A stretch of 52,706 nt of DNA, taken from positions 31,987 through 84,692 of the forward strand of contig MQRK01253288.1 in NCBI GenBank assembly GCA_001938485.1, given 5' to 3'. The notes under the pieces are model-generated. The model was given only the letters and a program-made list of their open reading frames with translations, was not told where the DNA came from and searched no databases. This DNA is from Girardia tigrina. Taxonomy: Eukaryota. The stretch's first letter is position 1; every line of letters starts with the position of its first letter. This document shows, piece by piece, positions 11,579-25,400 of this stretch. The translations under genes were made by a program, and so were the position numbers.

Positions 11579-12226
11579 AAAATATATTTTTTAATGGCGT
11601 GTATTTGTTTTCATTTAAAAATATTTTTTTTATTTCTGCTTTAAAGTAAGAAGTGTCTGGTTTCTATGGCTTTCACATTTTCTGATAGGCTTCGTCTACA
11701 ACACATTCGTTGTATTTGAATTTTCTAGCAAAAGTATTGGGAACAACAAAAATTTATCATTAGCACCTTTCACTTCTTCTGAAAGTTTGCTTTCTTTTTA
11801 CAATATTATGCTTTCTTGGAAGATTGGTGTTTTGTCCTCTGTTACGATAATATCCAAGAATAGAGCCACAATTTGAGTATGAATGCTGAGGTTTTATTGA
11901 TATTACTGAATTCGCTTCTTAGATATGTATGGATTAAGAAAGTACGGCACAAACAGCTTTCTAACTCCTATTGAATGGAGAATGTTATGATCTTTTCCGT
12001 AGCTGATGTTTTAGGATTTCGGAAGTTGTTCATTCTTAGCTTTTAATTCATTTTGCACGATATTCTTCTGTTTTTTCCACCAATTTTCTAGAGTCTTGTT
12101 CTTCTTTCCTCAGCGTGAAAATTCGTTTTGCTACATTTAAAATCCCTAATCAATTGTAATTTGTAGACTGAGAGGGGACTTCTTCATCATAGATCTCACT
12201 AAGTCGTCATATTATTTCATCTAGTT

Positions 12227-12472
12227 CAGGGCTTCTTAAACTGTGGGTCGCGACCCCCAGGGGGGTCGCGAGACTACTGAAAGGGGGTCGCAAAGATCTG
12301 ATACTTTTCAATCATTATAAAAAAAATTTTAAAATTAGTATACACACTACGTATTACGATATTACATCTACATCTACGGTTAATATATTTCATTATATGG
12401 AAGAGGAGGTCGTTTAAAATTTCCTAAGCTTGAAGGGGGGGGTCGCTATATAAAAAAGTTTAAGAAGCCCTG
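12227..12472. mobile_element. hAT (Charlie-like) MITE (246 bp)
   Basis: Perfect 16-bp TIRs CAGGGCTTCTTAAACT. Perfect 8-bp TSD ATCTAGTT at 12219-12226 and 12473-12480. GGGTCGCGACCC subterminal palindrome. Confidence 0.95.
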
Positions 12473-14203
12473 ATCTAGTTCAATGTTCCTAAAAAGAAAA
12501 GCTTGATCATACGACGCTTTTCAACGTCAGATATCATTTTAAATTGAATAATCACGAAATTTGTCTGCCACAATAATTAAACGTTAAAACAAAGGCCATT
12601 GTGATACATCCCAGGACACCGCGTTCTTTGCGAACTGACTACACCTGATATTATCGTTTATGTGTCAGCAATCTCTGTTGTTTGTTCTTTTTAGTGGTGT
12701 GATTATTTTATTTTTTGTGTTTCAGGTTCTATCGTTGACTTTTTCATGTGATGATATATTTTCTCTATAGTTTGGTAGTGGATGAGTGTTCTTTCATCCG
12801 GGTCTGTTTGTATGCGTTGTGACTGTCGATGTTTTTTCTTTTATTCATTTTTATTTTAATGGAAATACAATTAGGTATTCAGTGAATAATTAGTTTGGAG
12901 ATTTATGCGTTATTTTTATTTGAATGGAGAAAGTAGATCGTGATCAGGAAGAAATTTAGGGAAAGAAGGTGAAGAAAAGATCAAAAAGAAGAAAGACGAT
13001 GGTCATAATTGCTAATTATAAAAATTCAAAAATTTAATAATAAAATAATCATTAATGCAATCAATAAAAAATTTACAAAAACTTACGATTTATGATGCTG
13101 CTCCGTATGAACTTTTTATATGTTGTTTATCATTAAAGAAAAGTTTGCGTCAAGCTAAAATTAAATTTTATTTTTCTCTTTGACAATTTGTTCTTAGTTC
13201 ATATTTTTTTAAACTAGGTTCATCAAAACCATGACCTTCCATTTTGATAAGCTTAGTTAAGTCATTCTGTAATGTTTATCTACTACAGTAGAAATATCAA
13301 ATTTATCGAACTAGCTAATAAGCGATAAATTTGTTATTTTTACAGCCATAATTGTTACCTCTGTAGATATACTTCTTTTTGCATCAAATATTCAGGATCA
13401 TACATTATGAATAATTTTACAAGTTTACGGACTTTATGGCGTTATTTTATTATTTTCTGTCAAAACAAAAGAAAATAAATTGCAATAGATTAAATGAAGG
13501 AACCAGTCAAGGAAATGACATAAATAAATATAAAACAACTGACTTTAAAAGAGACGTGAACTCGTAGGTAATGAAAATCGTCGAACTAACAACATCGGGT
13601 TTTGTTTTTACTGTATAGATATTGGATTAATTAGTTTTTCTTATGTGACAAATACTGTAAAGTAATCGGATAAAAATATAGGTTTTGATTTAAATCTTTG
13701 ATAATAACATAACCAAATTAAAGTCTCATTAATATGTATGGATTGTATAATTCTTTTTTTGGTATTTTTGATTCCTGAGTGTTGTTATTGACGTATACGA
13801 AATGTGCATATTACGACAAGTTTTAATAAAAAAAATTTGATTTAATTTGTAAGTATAAATTTTGAAAGTTGTTAATTTTATATTATATTTATATTATGAT
13901 AACAATACAGTGTGAAACATCCTGGTTGTGAACCATAATTTAAAGACCACTATTGAAGTATAAATAAAATAATATTTACAATTATTATATAGTAGATAGT
14001 ACTTTACACGTACTGTTATGCCGCAAGTATAAATACAAAACCAATGTGACCTTTGTTATACAATATTATTTATTTATCGGACTCTTGATGATTGTTTATG
14101 CAGGATTGAACAAGTTTTATTGTTGTTAAAGAACATGTGCCCGAACGTGTAGTTGATTTGGATGTATTTGATTACTTCAGAGTTGTATTAATTTTTGTAT
14201 TGT

Positions 14204-14334
14204 ATTTTATACCTAACCAAAAACGTGGGGCGGATTTCTGAATTACTGCTATTAGTAACTGCTATTTCCTCTTTACTACTTTTTAGTAACAATCGATCAT
14301 TTCTATGTCCCACATTTTTGGTTAGGTATAAAAT
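14204..14334. mobile_element. Small fold-back MITE
   Basis: 26-bp inverted repeat ATTTTATACCTAACCAAAAACGTGGG and CCCACATTTTTGGTTAGGTATAAAAT (1 mismatch). Confidence 0.7.
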
Positions 14335-14708
14335 TTCGCACATGTCTAGAAAAAAAATATTTTCCTCTTTTTAGTGCATTGGTAATGCTTGAAAAACGTG
14401 GTTGTTTTTATAAAAAAATTTTTTTATTAATAANNNNNNNNNNNNNNNNNNNNNNNNNNNNNNNNNNNNNNNNNNNNNNNNNNNNNNNNNNNNNNNNNNN
14501 NNNNNNNNNNNNNNNNNNNNNNNNNNNNNNNNNNNNNNNNNNNNNNNNNNNNNNNNNNNNNNNNNNNNNNNNNNTTGATTTTCACAATATTTGTTCAATT
14601 TATTAATTTTTTCCGTACATCATTAACACGGATTATTTTCCCGTATAAGACATAAGCTATTTAATTATAGCATATACGGTTTATGTAGAGCCGCAAATGT
14701 TTTAAAAT

Positions 14709-15427
14709 ATTGTATTGTCATCGGAAGCAAGCCTGTATAAAAAATTCAGCTCAATTGGATGACTGATTTTTTTTTATATTATTTTCTACTCAGTTTTTGA
14801 TAAAATAATTTTTTTTTCGAAAAATCAATCGCAAGATTTGTTCCAGACAGACAAACAGACAGACAGACAAGAAACCAAGCTAAGAAAAACGTGGTAAAAA
14901 ACCATTGATTATTTCAATATATACATATGTGTGTGTGTATAAAATGTAAAAAAATGAATTGAAAAACTTTTTTGAAAATATTTCAATCTTCAAAATAAAA
15001 TTATTTGGTAATTTGAAAGAGTTTTAACTTCATTCATGAAAATAAACGAAAAGATTGCTATTTAATACAGTGTATAAATTTGTAGATAACCGTAAGTGGT
15101 TTTTTGCAAAAAAAATAGAAAAAATTATTTTTTATAAAATTGTATTGTTATCGGAAGCAAGCCCGTATAAAACTTCATTCATGAAAATAAACGAAAAGAT
15201 TGCTATTTAATACAGTATATAAATTTGTAGATAACCGTAAGTGGTTTTTTTCAAAAAAAATTAGAAAACATTATTTTTTTATCAAATTGTATTGTCATCG
15301 GAAGCAAGCCTGTATAAAAAAATTCAGCTCAATTGGATGACTGAAAGTGGTCGAAAAATCAATCGCAAGATTTGTTCCAGACAAACAGACAAACAGACAA
15401 GAAAGCAAGCTAATAAAAACGTGGTAA
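14709..15427 (+). repeat. Cluster of (GACA)n-bearing Helitron/DINE-1-like repeat copies, including a ~144-bp tandem duplication
   Basis: Shared block 'aaattcagctcaattggatgactga...aatcgcaagatttgttccagaca(gaca)n' at about 14709-14897 and 15286-15427. Tandem units at 15027-15170 and 15171-15318. A related copy lies at about 21058-21312. Confidence 0.7.
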
Positions 15428-15933
15428 AAAGACAAATTCTATCGATTTCTCACGATTTACTTTCAATTTTATACGTAGATTTTCGAAATACTGCCTCACT
15501 TGATCGTCTGTTACAGTGATCAATACAATCCATTAAATAACATTGAAAAGAAACAATAAAACCGCTTTAATCGTTAAAATCTTTTTAAATAAAAATGGTA
15601 TAAGTATTAACTAATATTATTTTAATTATTTAAAATTTGATTTTATTATGTTACTATTTTATAACATTTTTTAAATTAATTTTAAAATTAAATTCTAATG
15701 ATGTTAAAAAACACCGAAATGTGGCCTTTGAGTTATTTTCAAAAATGCTTTACCATTGTCGGTGTTTTTACAAGCCTTTAAATCGAAGTACTGACATCTA
15801 CTGTTTTGCATTTATAAATACATTTTTTTTAAATATTGTCAATCCATGTTACTATTTTTTTTTAGTCCTAATCTGAGTTCTTAAATAAATTTCACGATTT
15901 TATAACATTTTGTAAAAAAAATGTAACCATAAT

Positions 15934-17418
15934 CAGGAATTTTAAGACCATTTTGAGTGTACAATGTACACCCAACTTTTGTAGATGTACACCCAAAAAT
16001 TTGGCGATATATACGTAAAGCATGGGTTCATTAAAAATATTAGGGTGAGTCATAAGTTGTGGGGCACTCTTTCCAAAGTAATTATATTTAATTACAACAT
16101 GAATTGTCGAATCGATATTAATTGAATTTGTATATCGTAATAAAGCTCATAAACTNNNNNNNNNNNNNNNNNNNNNNNNNNNNNNNNNNNNNNNNNNNNN
16201 NNNNNNNNNNNNNNNNNNNNNNNNNNNNNNNNNNNNNNNNNNNNNNNNNNNNNNNNNNNNNNNNNNNNNNNNNNNNNNNNNNNNNNNNNNNNNNNNNNNN
16301 NNNNNNNNNNNNNNNNNNNNNNNNNNNNNNNNNNNNNNNNNNNNNNNNNNNNNNNNNNNNNNNNNNNNNNNNNNNNNNNNNNNNNNNNNNNNNNNNNNNN
16401 NNNNNNNNNNNNNNNNNNNNNNNNNNNNNNNNNNNNNNNNNNNNNNNNNNNNNNNNNNNNNNNNNNNNNNNNNNNNNNNNNNNNNNNNNNNNNNNNNNNN
16501 NNNNNNNNNNNNNNNNNNNNNNNNNNNNNNNNNNNNNNNNNNNNNNNNNNNNNNNNNNNNNNNNNNNNNNNNNNNNNNNNNNNNNNNNNNNNNNNNNNNN
16601 NNNNNNNNNNNNNNNNNNNNNNNNNNNNNNNNNNNNNNNNNNNNNNNNNNNNNNNNNNNNNNNNNNNNNNNNNNNNNNNNNNNNNNNNNNNNNNNNNNNN
16701 NNNNNNNNNNNNNNNNNNNNNNNNNNNNNNNNNNNNNNNNNNNNNNNNNNNNNNNNNNNNNNNNNNNNNNNNNNNNNNNNNNNNNNNNNNNNNNNNNNNN
16801 NNNNNNNNNNNNNNNNNNNNNNNNNNNNNNNNNNNNNNNNNNNNNNNNNNNNNNNNNNNNNNNNNNNNNNNNNNNNNNNNNNNNNNNNNNNNNNNNNNNN
16901 NNNNNNNNNNNNNNNNNNNNNNNNNNNNNNNNNNNNNNNNNNNNNNNNNNNNNNNNNNNNNNNNNNNNNNNNNNNNNNNNNNNNNNNNNNNNNNNNNNNN
17001 NNNNNNNNNNNNNNNNNNNNNNNNNNNNNNNNNNNNNNNNNNNNNNNNNNNNNNNNNNNNNNNNNNNNNNNNNNNNNNNNNNNNNNNNNNNNNNNNNNNN
17101 NNNNNNNNNNNNNNNNNNNNNNNNNNNNTACAATGTATTGAACATAATGGACTTTATTTCGAATCATAATCTTTATTGTGCGTTGTTTTATGAACATTTT
17201 AATTTTTAATAAAAAGTGCCCCACAACTTATGACTCACCCTAATACACATTGCTATTGCAGCCACTCTTTTACTCTCGCACATACACGCTCCTAAACTAG
17301 GTCATTTATAATTGTATACTTATTTAGCTCTAATATCAAAAGATACACACAATCCTATGTTATACTGTACACCCAGATTTTCGTAGGTTACACTCTCCTG
17401 GAAACCTTAAAAACCCTA
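15934..17418. mobile_element. Old hAT-like MITE that hosts the mariner insertion
   Basis: Direct repeat ACCATAAT at 15926-15933 and 17419-17426. Imperfect TIRs CAGGAATTTTAAG and CTTAAAAACCCTA. TGTACACCCA motifs on both sides of the mariner. Confidence 0.6.
16040..17243 (+). mobile_element. Tc1/mariner element, interior hidden by gap 16156-17128
   Basis: Perfect 29-bp TIRs TTAGGGTGAGTCATAAGTTGTGGGGCACT and TA TSDs. Mariner-type C-terminus QCIEHNGLYFES* at 17131-17169. Confidence 0.9.
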
Positions 17419-18180
17419 ACCATAATGATTCAAGTAGCATTTATAAATACTTAAATATGTATTATTCATGTATTTATCTATTTATTAAAGGAAGAAATTT
17501 TATTTATTTTCGAAAGAAAATTTTAAATTAATAATATTTTTCAATACAGTTTTTTGTTATATATTGAAAACTCATTATCTTTTAAAAATGAATTTTAAAG
17601 GACATTGTTTGTATTAGCAAAATTCAATTTAAATTATTCTATTTCAATGTTTGGCTTAAATTATTCATCATTGTAAAAAATGATTATTTAGAAACAAACA
17701 AAAGTTGTTTTTTCCAGATCTTTTTATTAAAGTTGTCATATAATATATTTTTATGTGTTAAAATAATGATTAAATAATTAATATTTATATATTTAAAGTT
17801 AGCTTTGAAAATATTCATTTTAAAAATATTGTTTTTGCATTGTTTCTTGTTTCATTAATCCTTGAAAAATAATAATTAATTTTAATAAAAAATATTTTTA
17901 ATAATAGAATTTCTAAGACATTTTCAGTAATTCGATAAGTAATAAGAAATGTTTTTACTAAAATTAATATATTTATTCAGAATATATCAACTTATTTACT
18001 TTAAATTTTATTTACAACTGAAATAATTAAAAACGTATTTTTAGAAATTTCTTTAAAAAAATTTTTCTTTTTACTAATTAGTAAATTTTTTTCTTCTTTC
18101 CTGATTTAAATAAGTTTTTTTTTAATTTTATTTTGAACTTTTCTTAGAGTTTACGTATGAAAAAAACTAAATTTTAATTA

Positions 18181-19177
18181 ACGTATTGTCGCGCAGATAA
18201 GGTGCGACCTATCTGAGAAAAAATTGAAAGTTGAAAAAAACAAAAATAGTTGCGACTTAAATTACCCATATCATAAAATTCTTTTTGATTGACAGTTTTT
18301 CACAAAAATAATAATAATAAATTAGCACAAAGAAAATGTTAATACTTTCATTCAAATTCATCAAAATCATCATCCATTTTCATAACTTGTATCCTCAGAT
18401 ACATGTTCATATATAATAGTATCATCAAATTTCAAATCCTGCTTGTTATTTGAAGTTAAAATTTTAAAACGATAAAAGCCACCTTGAACACACGACACAG
18501 TAATTTAATTCCATGAATCTACAATCCACTGGCATATTTCATCATACGAAACACAAATTTTTTAATTTGATTTTTCTAATTTAAACAAACTTTTATATTA
18601 GTTATTAACAGCATCACAATTTGAATGCAAACATTTATTGACAACACACAGTTTCTTCACAACAATTTTCATTGGTCATCTTTCTTTGATTGATATAATT
18701 TTTTTGTTAATATATTCAAATCTAAAAAAACAACGAATGGGAAAGATTAATAATAAATTTTAATTTCTCATAATTTTTATTGGATAAAAATCATTACATA
18801 ATTTTTTAAATAAACATTAATTTTTAAAATATATTACATTTAATAAGTTAAAATCATTTACTGAAAATATTATTAAAATTCATAATTATCAAACTTTAAT
18901 TAATTAGTACTTAAAATTAATATCATTAAATTAATTTCATTAGATTTAAATAATTAATCTGAGTAGGAGAGTCACAAATCTAAACAGCATACAAACAACA
19001 AACTTACAACATTCAAAATTATCCCTCACACTAGTGAAAAAAGTTTACAAAAATGACATACTTTTCAATAACTCTATATAGTTATATCGCGCATATAAAT
19101 CTGTCAAAAATGCATTTTTTAAAAAACACTCATGTGCAACTGAAGCGTCCTTGCGACTAATCTGCGCGATAATACGG
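18181..19177 (-). mobile_element. Internally deleted pogo/Tc2-like transposon
   Basis: TIRs ACGTATTGTCGCGCAGAT and ATCTGCGCGATAATACGG with TA TSDs. Minus-strand remnant YDEICQWIVDSWN resembles a DDE_1 transposase C-terminus. Confidence 0.75.
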
Positions 19178-21057
19178 TATGTATAATCTTTACGTAATTT
19201 TTGTTTATGCTATTTTATATAATGTTTAATAATAAGGATAATAATAATCATCACAAAATAATAATTAATGATAAAAGAAGATCAAATAATAATAAATTAT
19301 TGACACTGTAGCTTATTGATAAATTATTTTTAACCTTAAAAATAGCACTAGTCCCTTAAGGATCATAAATGTTTTTAGTTTGAGAAAATGTAATTAAATG
19401 TTTAATATTTCTAACTTATCAATGTTAAATAATATATCACGTTATTATTTTCGTATTTCCATAATGGTTTTTATTTAATTATGGTAGAAAATTGCATGCA
19501 TATAATTTGTTATTAATAGGATAGGATAAATGTTGTCTCCCCTTCATCATGATGCGTATTGTAGTAAAAAGAAAATATAAATACTTGAAGAAAAATAAAT
19601 TTGTAATATTGATAAAATTATCAAAATTAGTTTTGTTCATTATTGCTTGAAACAGATATCTAAATGGAAAATATATTTTTAATAATTGGATAAATGTTAT
19701 TATTTATTTATAATCAGTTATTATTGGCGTCATTTAGTGAATAATAATCATAATAAATTGCACTTGTTCACACGTATATTTACATGTCATTTAGAACTCA
19801 TCAAGTTTTATTTTATGCACTATTGTAGATATAGGATTTTTATATTACTTCTAGTAAGACAATATTTTATTACAATATCTCAAATTTAATATATTATATC
19901 TAAAAATTTGATAAAGTTAGTAAGTGAAGCTTTTAAATTTCAGTTGCCGGCTAAATTTTAAACATATCTTTAGAAACTTTACTCCAATAAATAAAGTAAT
20001 CTTTATCTGAAAAATTATTTATTTTTTACTTTTAAAGCTTTAGTTGAATGGTATCCATTCTTAAATCAACAATCATTTCAAATTAAATAACTCCGCATAA
20101 TTATGATGATCAGAGATATTTTTCAATTTGTCGCATAATTTGAGAAGCATCTCAAACATCTCATTTACTCATTAGCAAATTTTGAAGCTCATTGTTCAAC
20201 GAAGGGATAGTAATAAAGTTATTTTTACATGTTTGATATATTTGTATTTACATTTGTACATTTCATCATGGAATATTTGTAGCAACTATTTCATAGTTTC
20301 ACTAAGTGATACCTTTTCTTGGAATTCATAACATTATTAAAAAAATACCATTATTATTATTTTTTTTAATTAATAAAACTTTTGAATTGTATTTGATGTC
20401 AAAATTTTATATTTTAAATTAATATCTTTTCCATGGATTTTCTTGAAGACGAAATGATCCGTGAAGAAATCATACAAGTCTGATATTGGTATAATTAAAA
20501 TCTGTGTAGCGTTAATCTTCATTTTGGACAAAATTAAAGAAACATCAATATTTAGTTTTATTTCTTTTGTTAAATTTTAGTTTTTGTTATTCTAAATAAA
20601 AATTATTTACTATTTTTGTTATTTTTATGTTTGTTTTTTTTGTTAATTTTACAAAAATTATTTCTATTTACAGTTGATGTTTTTTAAACAAATCAAATGT
20701 ATTTGTTTTATTTTTTCTTAAAATGTTAAAATAAAAATAATATCATACCAAAAAAATTTTTAGTTTACAAGCTTTTATAATTTGTCATATTTTTTTGGTT
20801 CCGTATCTATTTCACCCACTTCCCACATTTTTTGACTGAATTATCAAAGCCTACTAGGCGAAAACCCGCTGTCTATTTGCATTTAGATGTAGCAAATTTC
20901 ATAGCCTACTACTGAGGAAAACATGAGAACGACACTTTAATTACTTTTTGCGGCCAAACTAAAGGCGGTAGATGAGCAGTGACAGTGAAAAAAAAAACAA
21001 ATGAAACGTAATAAAGGCTTGTAATAATTATTTGGTAATTAGATAGAGTTTTAATTT

Positions 21058-21312
21058 GATTCATGAAAATAAACGAAAAGATTGCTATGTAATACAGTAC
21101 ATAAATTTGTAGATAATCGCAAGTGGTTTTTTGCAAAAAAATAAAAAAAAATATTTTTTTTCAAAATTCTTCAAGAAAAAGTGTATTGTCACCTAGAATA
21201 CATTCCGGAAAGTTTCATGTCGCTAGGTGAACGGGATATGGGTGAATTTTCGATCGCAAGATTTGATGCATCCAGACAAGACAAACAAATGAAACGTAAT
21301 AAAAGCTTGTAA
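21058..21312 (+). repeat. Copy of the Helitron/DINE-like repeat family seen at 14.7-15.4 kb
   Basis: 'ttcatgaaaataaacgaaaagattgctat...' and 'atcgcaagatttg...cagacaagacaaaca' are shared with 15.0-15.4 kb. Confidence 0.7.
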
Positions 21313-22010
21313 TGATATGATTTTTTGTATAATTTTAACTATTTAACTTTTTTTCAAGTAAATATTTTTTTCTATAAATTCTCTTTTCCATTTTGTTGAA
21401 AGTATTTTTTTACGGAAGTCATCTTTTGATATATATGACGGCGCACTTATTGTAAATTGGAAAATATTTTAAAATATATTGAAAATAAATTTAATTAATT
21501 ATTAAGAATTATATGGTTATTTTAATTTATATTCTCCTGTATGCATCTTTATTTTTAAACAAAAACTTTATTCTAAAATTTATATTCAATAGATTTGTAA
21601 TTGATATTATTTGATCTTATGCAATTGTCGACTGTATTAGTTTTATATATTCTTGTGTTATTTAATATCAATATATTATTGTTTCTTATTGAGGTATAGA
21701 ACTAATTTTCAATTTATGATGATATTTTTTCTCCTTTATATATATCTGGTCATAAGCGATTACTTCTTTTTATTTTCTTTTAGTTCCTCTATTTGTAGAT
21801 ACATTGATATATGTTTTAGTATCTGGTCGTGAAAATCCATAACTTCTTGAGATATTTGATTAAAGTTTGTATTTCTAATTATTCATAGTGAGTAAGTTTC
21901 TTAAAAAATTTGATTTTTATAATTTTCCATATTTTTATACTGTTTAATTAACTCGTTTTTATTAATACGTATAATTAATATGAAATATTTATTTGCACGT
22001 CGTAATCCGG

Positions 22011-22145
22011 AAAAGTGGCGTTTAAATCTCAATTTGGAAGATGGGATGTATTCCAAATTTGGAAATATCATTGTGGCGTTATCAAAAGTGGCGTTTAAAT
22101 CTCAATTTGGAAGATGGGATGTATTCCAAATATGGAAATATCATT
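22011..22145. repeat. Tandem duplication, period 73 bp
   Basis: AAAAGTGGCGTTTAAATCTCAATTTGGAAGATGGGATGTATTCCAAAT.TGGAAATATCATT occurs at 22011 and 22084. Confidence 0.9.
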
Positions 22146-24572
22146 TTGTAATAGAGCATTTTATTATTCAATCTACTTGCAGATTTTGGATTTATTTTAT
22201 GATACAGAAATTTTGAGTCTTTTTGACATAGCAATTATAGGAAAATATACTTTTTCGAATGGCAAATGTTTGTTTTTTACACTTGGTTTTCTTTTCCAGA
22301 TCGTTGGACTTCTGCAAGTTTACCCTTTTTTGCAGTTGAATAACTGTTTTTCGTTTCTTCAATATTTCTATTTTTGATATTAATCCTGTATGGAATATTT
22401 GTTATGTTGATGTTTTGTGTATTTTTGCATGTTTGGATGTTGTGTGTTGATTTTGGAATGTGCCTCTCCTAATCAGATGGATGATTAATATTTTAATTAT
22501 TATTATCATGAAACTAATTTATTCAAATTTAGATTTATTATAATTGTAAATTTTAAATTATTTATTAATTTTATTTTTGTAAATAATTAAATCGGATTAA
22601 TATTTTCAAAGGATAATTTTATTTTAACCAATAATATTTAAAGTAAACATTTTAAATAAAATAATTCTTTTCAAGTTAGTTCAGATTTTGAATGAGAAGT
22701 ATTAAACATTGATTGATGAATTTAAGTGAAAGCAATATTATGCATTGTCATAGAGATAATAAAAATTGTGAATGTAATAAATGATCTACCAAATGTGTAT
22801 GTATTTGTATGTACGAATAAAATTCTATTGACAAAATAAAAGTTAAACATAAATATAAATGTCATTTTAATATAAATAAAAAATGTTTGATTTTGGTGGA
22901 TTTCATATTTTTTATGGAGTTTGAGATGGTTTTTCGTTTTAAATATAAAGCGGTCAGAATTATCTTTTAAGTAATTCTTTTTAGTTAGAACATTTTTATA
23001 ATCATTTTATGTGTATCATCTGAATTTTCTATTAAGTATGATGGTGAATAAAAATTTAAAATTTTATATAAAATATGAATACAAAGGAATAAATATTTGC
23101 TTACATGGTAATATTGACTTGAATTACCTTATATTATAGTTAAGGTCCGACTAACAAATAGATCGCAACATAGGACCGAGTCGATTTGGATACAGTGTAC
23201 AGATAAAATTACTTTCAAAATAAATCATCAAAGTCCAATTTATTTGAAAGAAATGATAAAATAATTAATGAAATTCTTATTATTCATTTAAAAAAATTAT
23301 TTAAAATAAGTTTATTATATTATGTGAAGGTAGTGGATGAAAGCTATCCTCAATTAGTTTGTAAGATGTTAGCCAATATCTGTTATAATTTAGTCTAATA
23401 TTTTACTTCAATCTGTAAACATTTTATTCAAGAAGCTATATATTGTAGAATTAATAGATACATATATCTGTTTTTCAAGAATCTTTAGTTTCCTATTTTC
23501 ATTTAGTATTATTATTTGTCTGAATTATTGATCCCTAAAAGATTATTTCCATGAAAATGGTTTTAGCTTACTTTTTTTATCATAATGGGAAAAATTACCT
23601 ACCCGGTCTTCAAAAAATTAAATTTAAATTAAATCTGTAAAATAAAACATGATGATAGCATAGGGCGAGAATTTGAAATCGAATCAAAGAATCATGTTGG
23701 CTATCACATGTATATATTAAAAAAATAATCCACGTGTTCTTAATAAATTAATATTTTTGCATACAAAAAATTAAATATTTTTTTCATTTTTAAAGATATT
23801 TCTGAATAATTTAACAATATCCTAAAAATCATATGACTTCTATACAAATGAAGAGAAAATCATCTTTTTAATTACTAATTTTCATTACCTATTGACACAG
23901 TATTTTCTCAATGGGTCTACTCTATTATCAATATGAAATTTCTTCTTTCAAGGAATGTAAAATGAAGAAAGTCGCTAAATTATAAATAAATTTCAATTAT
24001 TGTAGACTAATCCCAAAAATGGCTTGTAAAATTAATGCGTTTTTATGAAAAAATTTTTTTTCATTAACTGAATTATTCGCTTTAGAAATTTTTATACTTT
24101 AAATTTTATATTTTTTCTCTTTTGTTTTAAGATTTAAAAAATCAAATTTTTTATATATATTTTGTAAAATAAATTTCTTTTAGATATCGTTTTTATTAGA
24201 TTTTTTTATTTACTAAGAAAATTGATTAATTTGCTTGAATATACCGGAAAGAAATATTTTATTTATTAATTTACAATAAATAGGCAATAATCTTTTTTAT
24301 AAAGATGATGTTTGTGAAATAAAATTATTTTATATGGGTTGTTAATTATTTTTTGTACAAATATGTTTTCTTACTTTATCAAATATGATTTATTAAATAA
24401 TTTCAAATTCGTTGTTTCTGTTACCGTAAAATGTCTTTTTAAATATTGATAATTGGTTATCACGATATTGAATTGGCTTTCTTTAGAGAATTACGTTTTC
24501 TTTTTATTATTTTTGTGTTAATTTTTTATTAAAGTCATTTTATAATAATTTTAAATATAATATTTTACTCAG

Positions 24573-24691
24573 ATATGGAGGGAGTTTGGCTGGAGGATTA
24601 ATAGTTGCCAAATTAGCTTGGCCTAATGAATGGGTTATTTTAATCGGTTCGTTTCTTAGTACCGTTGGGGCTGGATTACAATCTCTCACAG
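24573..24691 (+). CDS. kcc: KCC exon (TM8)
   Basis: ctcag| ... |gtttat. Translates (K)[39 protein letters not shown](G); phase fits the previous exon. Confidence 0.95.
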
Positions 24692-24739
24692 GTTTATATT
24701 TTACTTGAGAATATTTCTCTAATTTAATTTACTATTAAG

Positions 24740-24914
24740 GTGCTCCCAGATTACTTCAAGCAATCGCACAGGATAATGTTATACCGTTTTTGGAGGTTTT
24801 CAAGATAACAACAAAACGTGGTGAACCTCTTCGAGCTCAAGCTCTGACATTTTTTATTGCTTTTTTGGGTGTTCTTATTGCTAGTATTGATTCGATTGCT
24901 CCTTTAATAACAAT
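24740..24914 (+). CDS. kcc: KCC exon (TM9-TM10)
   Basis: Follows a 48-nt intron. GAPRLLQAIAQDNVIPFLEVF...GEPLRA...IASIDSIAPLIT(M); donor gttagt. Confidence 0.95.
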
Positions 24915-25346
24915 GTTAGTTAATTCATGTTGTACTTTTATAATTTTAATAATCATTTTTGCATAATTATTTTTCGATTTCAAATATGTTGGACAGTAAT
25001 TATTAACACTATTGACACTCGACACATGGTGTCACTCTAAATGTAGCGAATGAAGCTCTGAAATATTTTATACTTTTTTTTATAATTTATAAAATTAATT
25101 GTTCTATTAGCAAAAAGACTGTGGGGTCAAATAAACAAAAACCAATTTTAAAATATGTACTGTGACCACAAAGTTTTCTTGGACACTATTGATGTAAAAT
25201 ATGCTTTGAATTCAAATTTATTTTTAGTCTGTTAGCTAAATTGCCTTACTTACTACGAAAGTAGTATTGTACCATTTTTTAAAGTTGAAAATGTATATCT
25301 TTAAAAAAATCCTAAGTAACAATATGAAATAAGGAATAATTGCTAT

Positions 25347-25400
<54 letters not shown>

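Larger units (their letters stand above)
10300..11600 (+). mobile_element. Decayed Penelope-like retroelement (RT C-terminus and GIY-YIG endonuclease), interrupted by a hAT MITE; boundaries approximate
   Basis: DIYRK...YSS near 10370 resembles the PLE RT YRK motif. ORF 11198-11470 FKILCKHFKNYSERVSYEALLIRSCDPKINV resembles the PLE GIY-YIG C-terminus. A hammerhead motif follows. Confidence 0.68.

Noticed and set aside
11650-12700. Coding-like minus-strand relic (VALFLDI), possibly a LINE RT
   Set aside because: A single weak motif; too decayed to call without a profile search.
16118-17224. Long ORFs of 330-370 aa, and similar ones at 5714, 14371 and 25340
   Set aside because: Artefacts of translating N-gaps and (TA)n runs.
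22011-22145. CRISPR-like repeat
   Set aside because: Only two long units with an 11-nt spacer in eukaryotic intron DNA; a simple tandem duplication.
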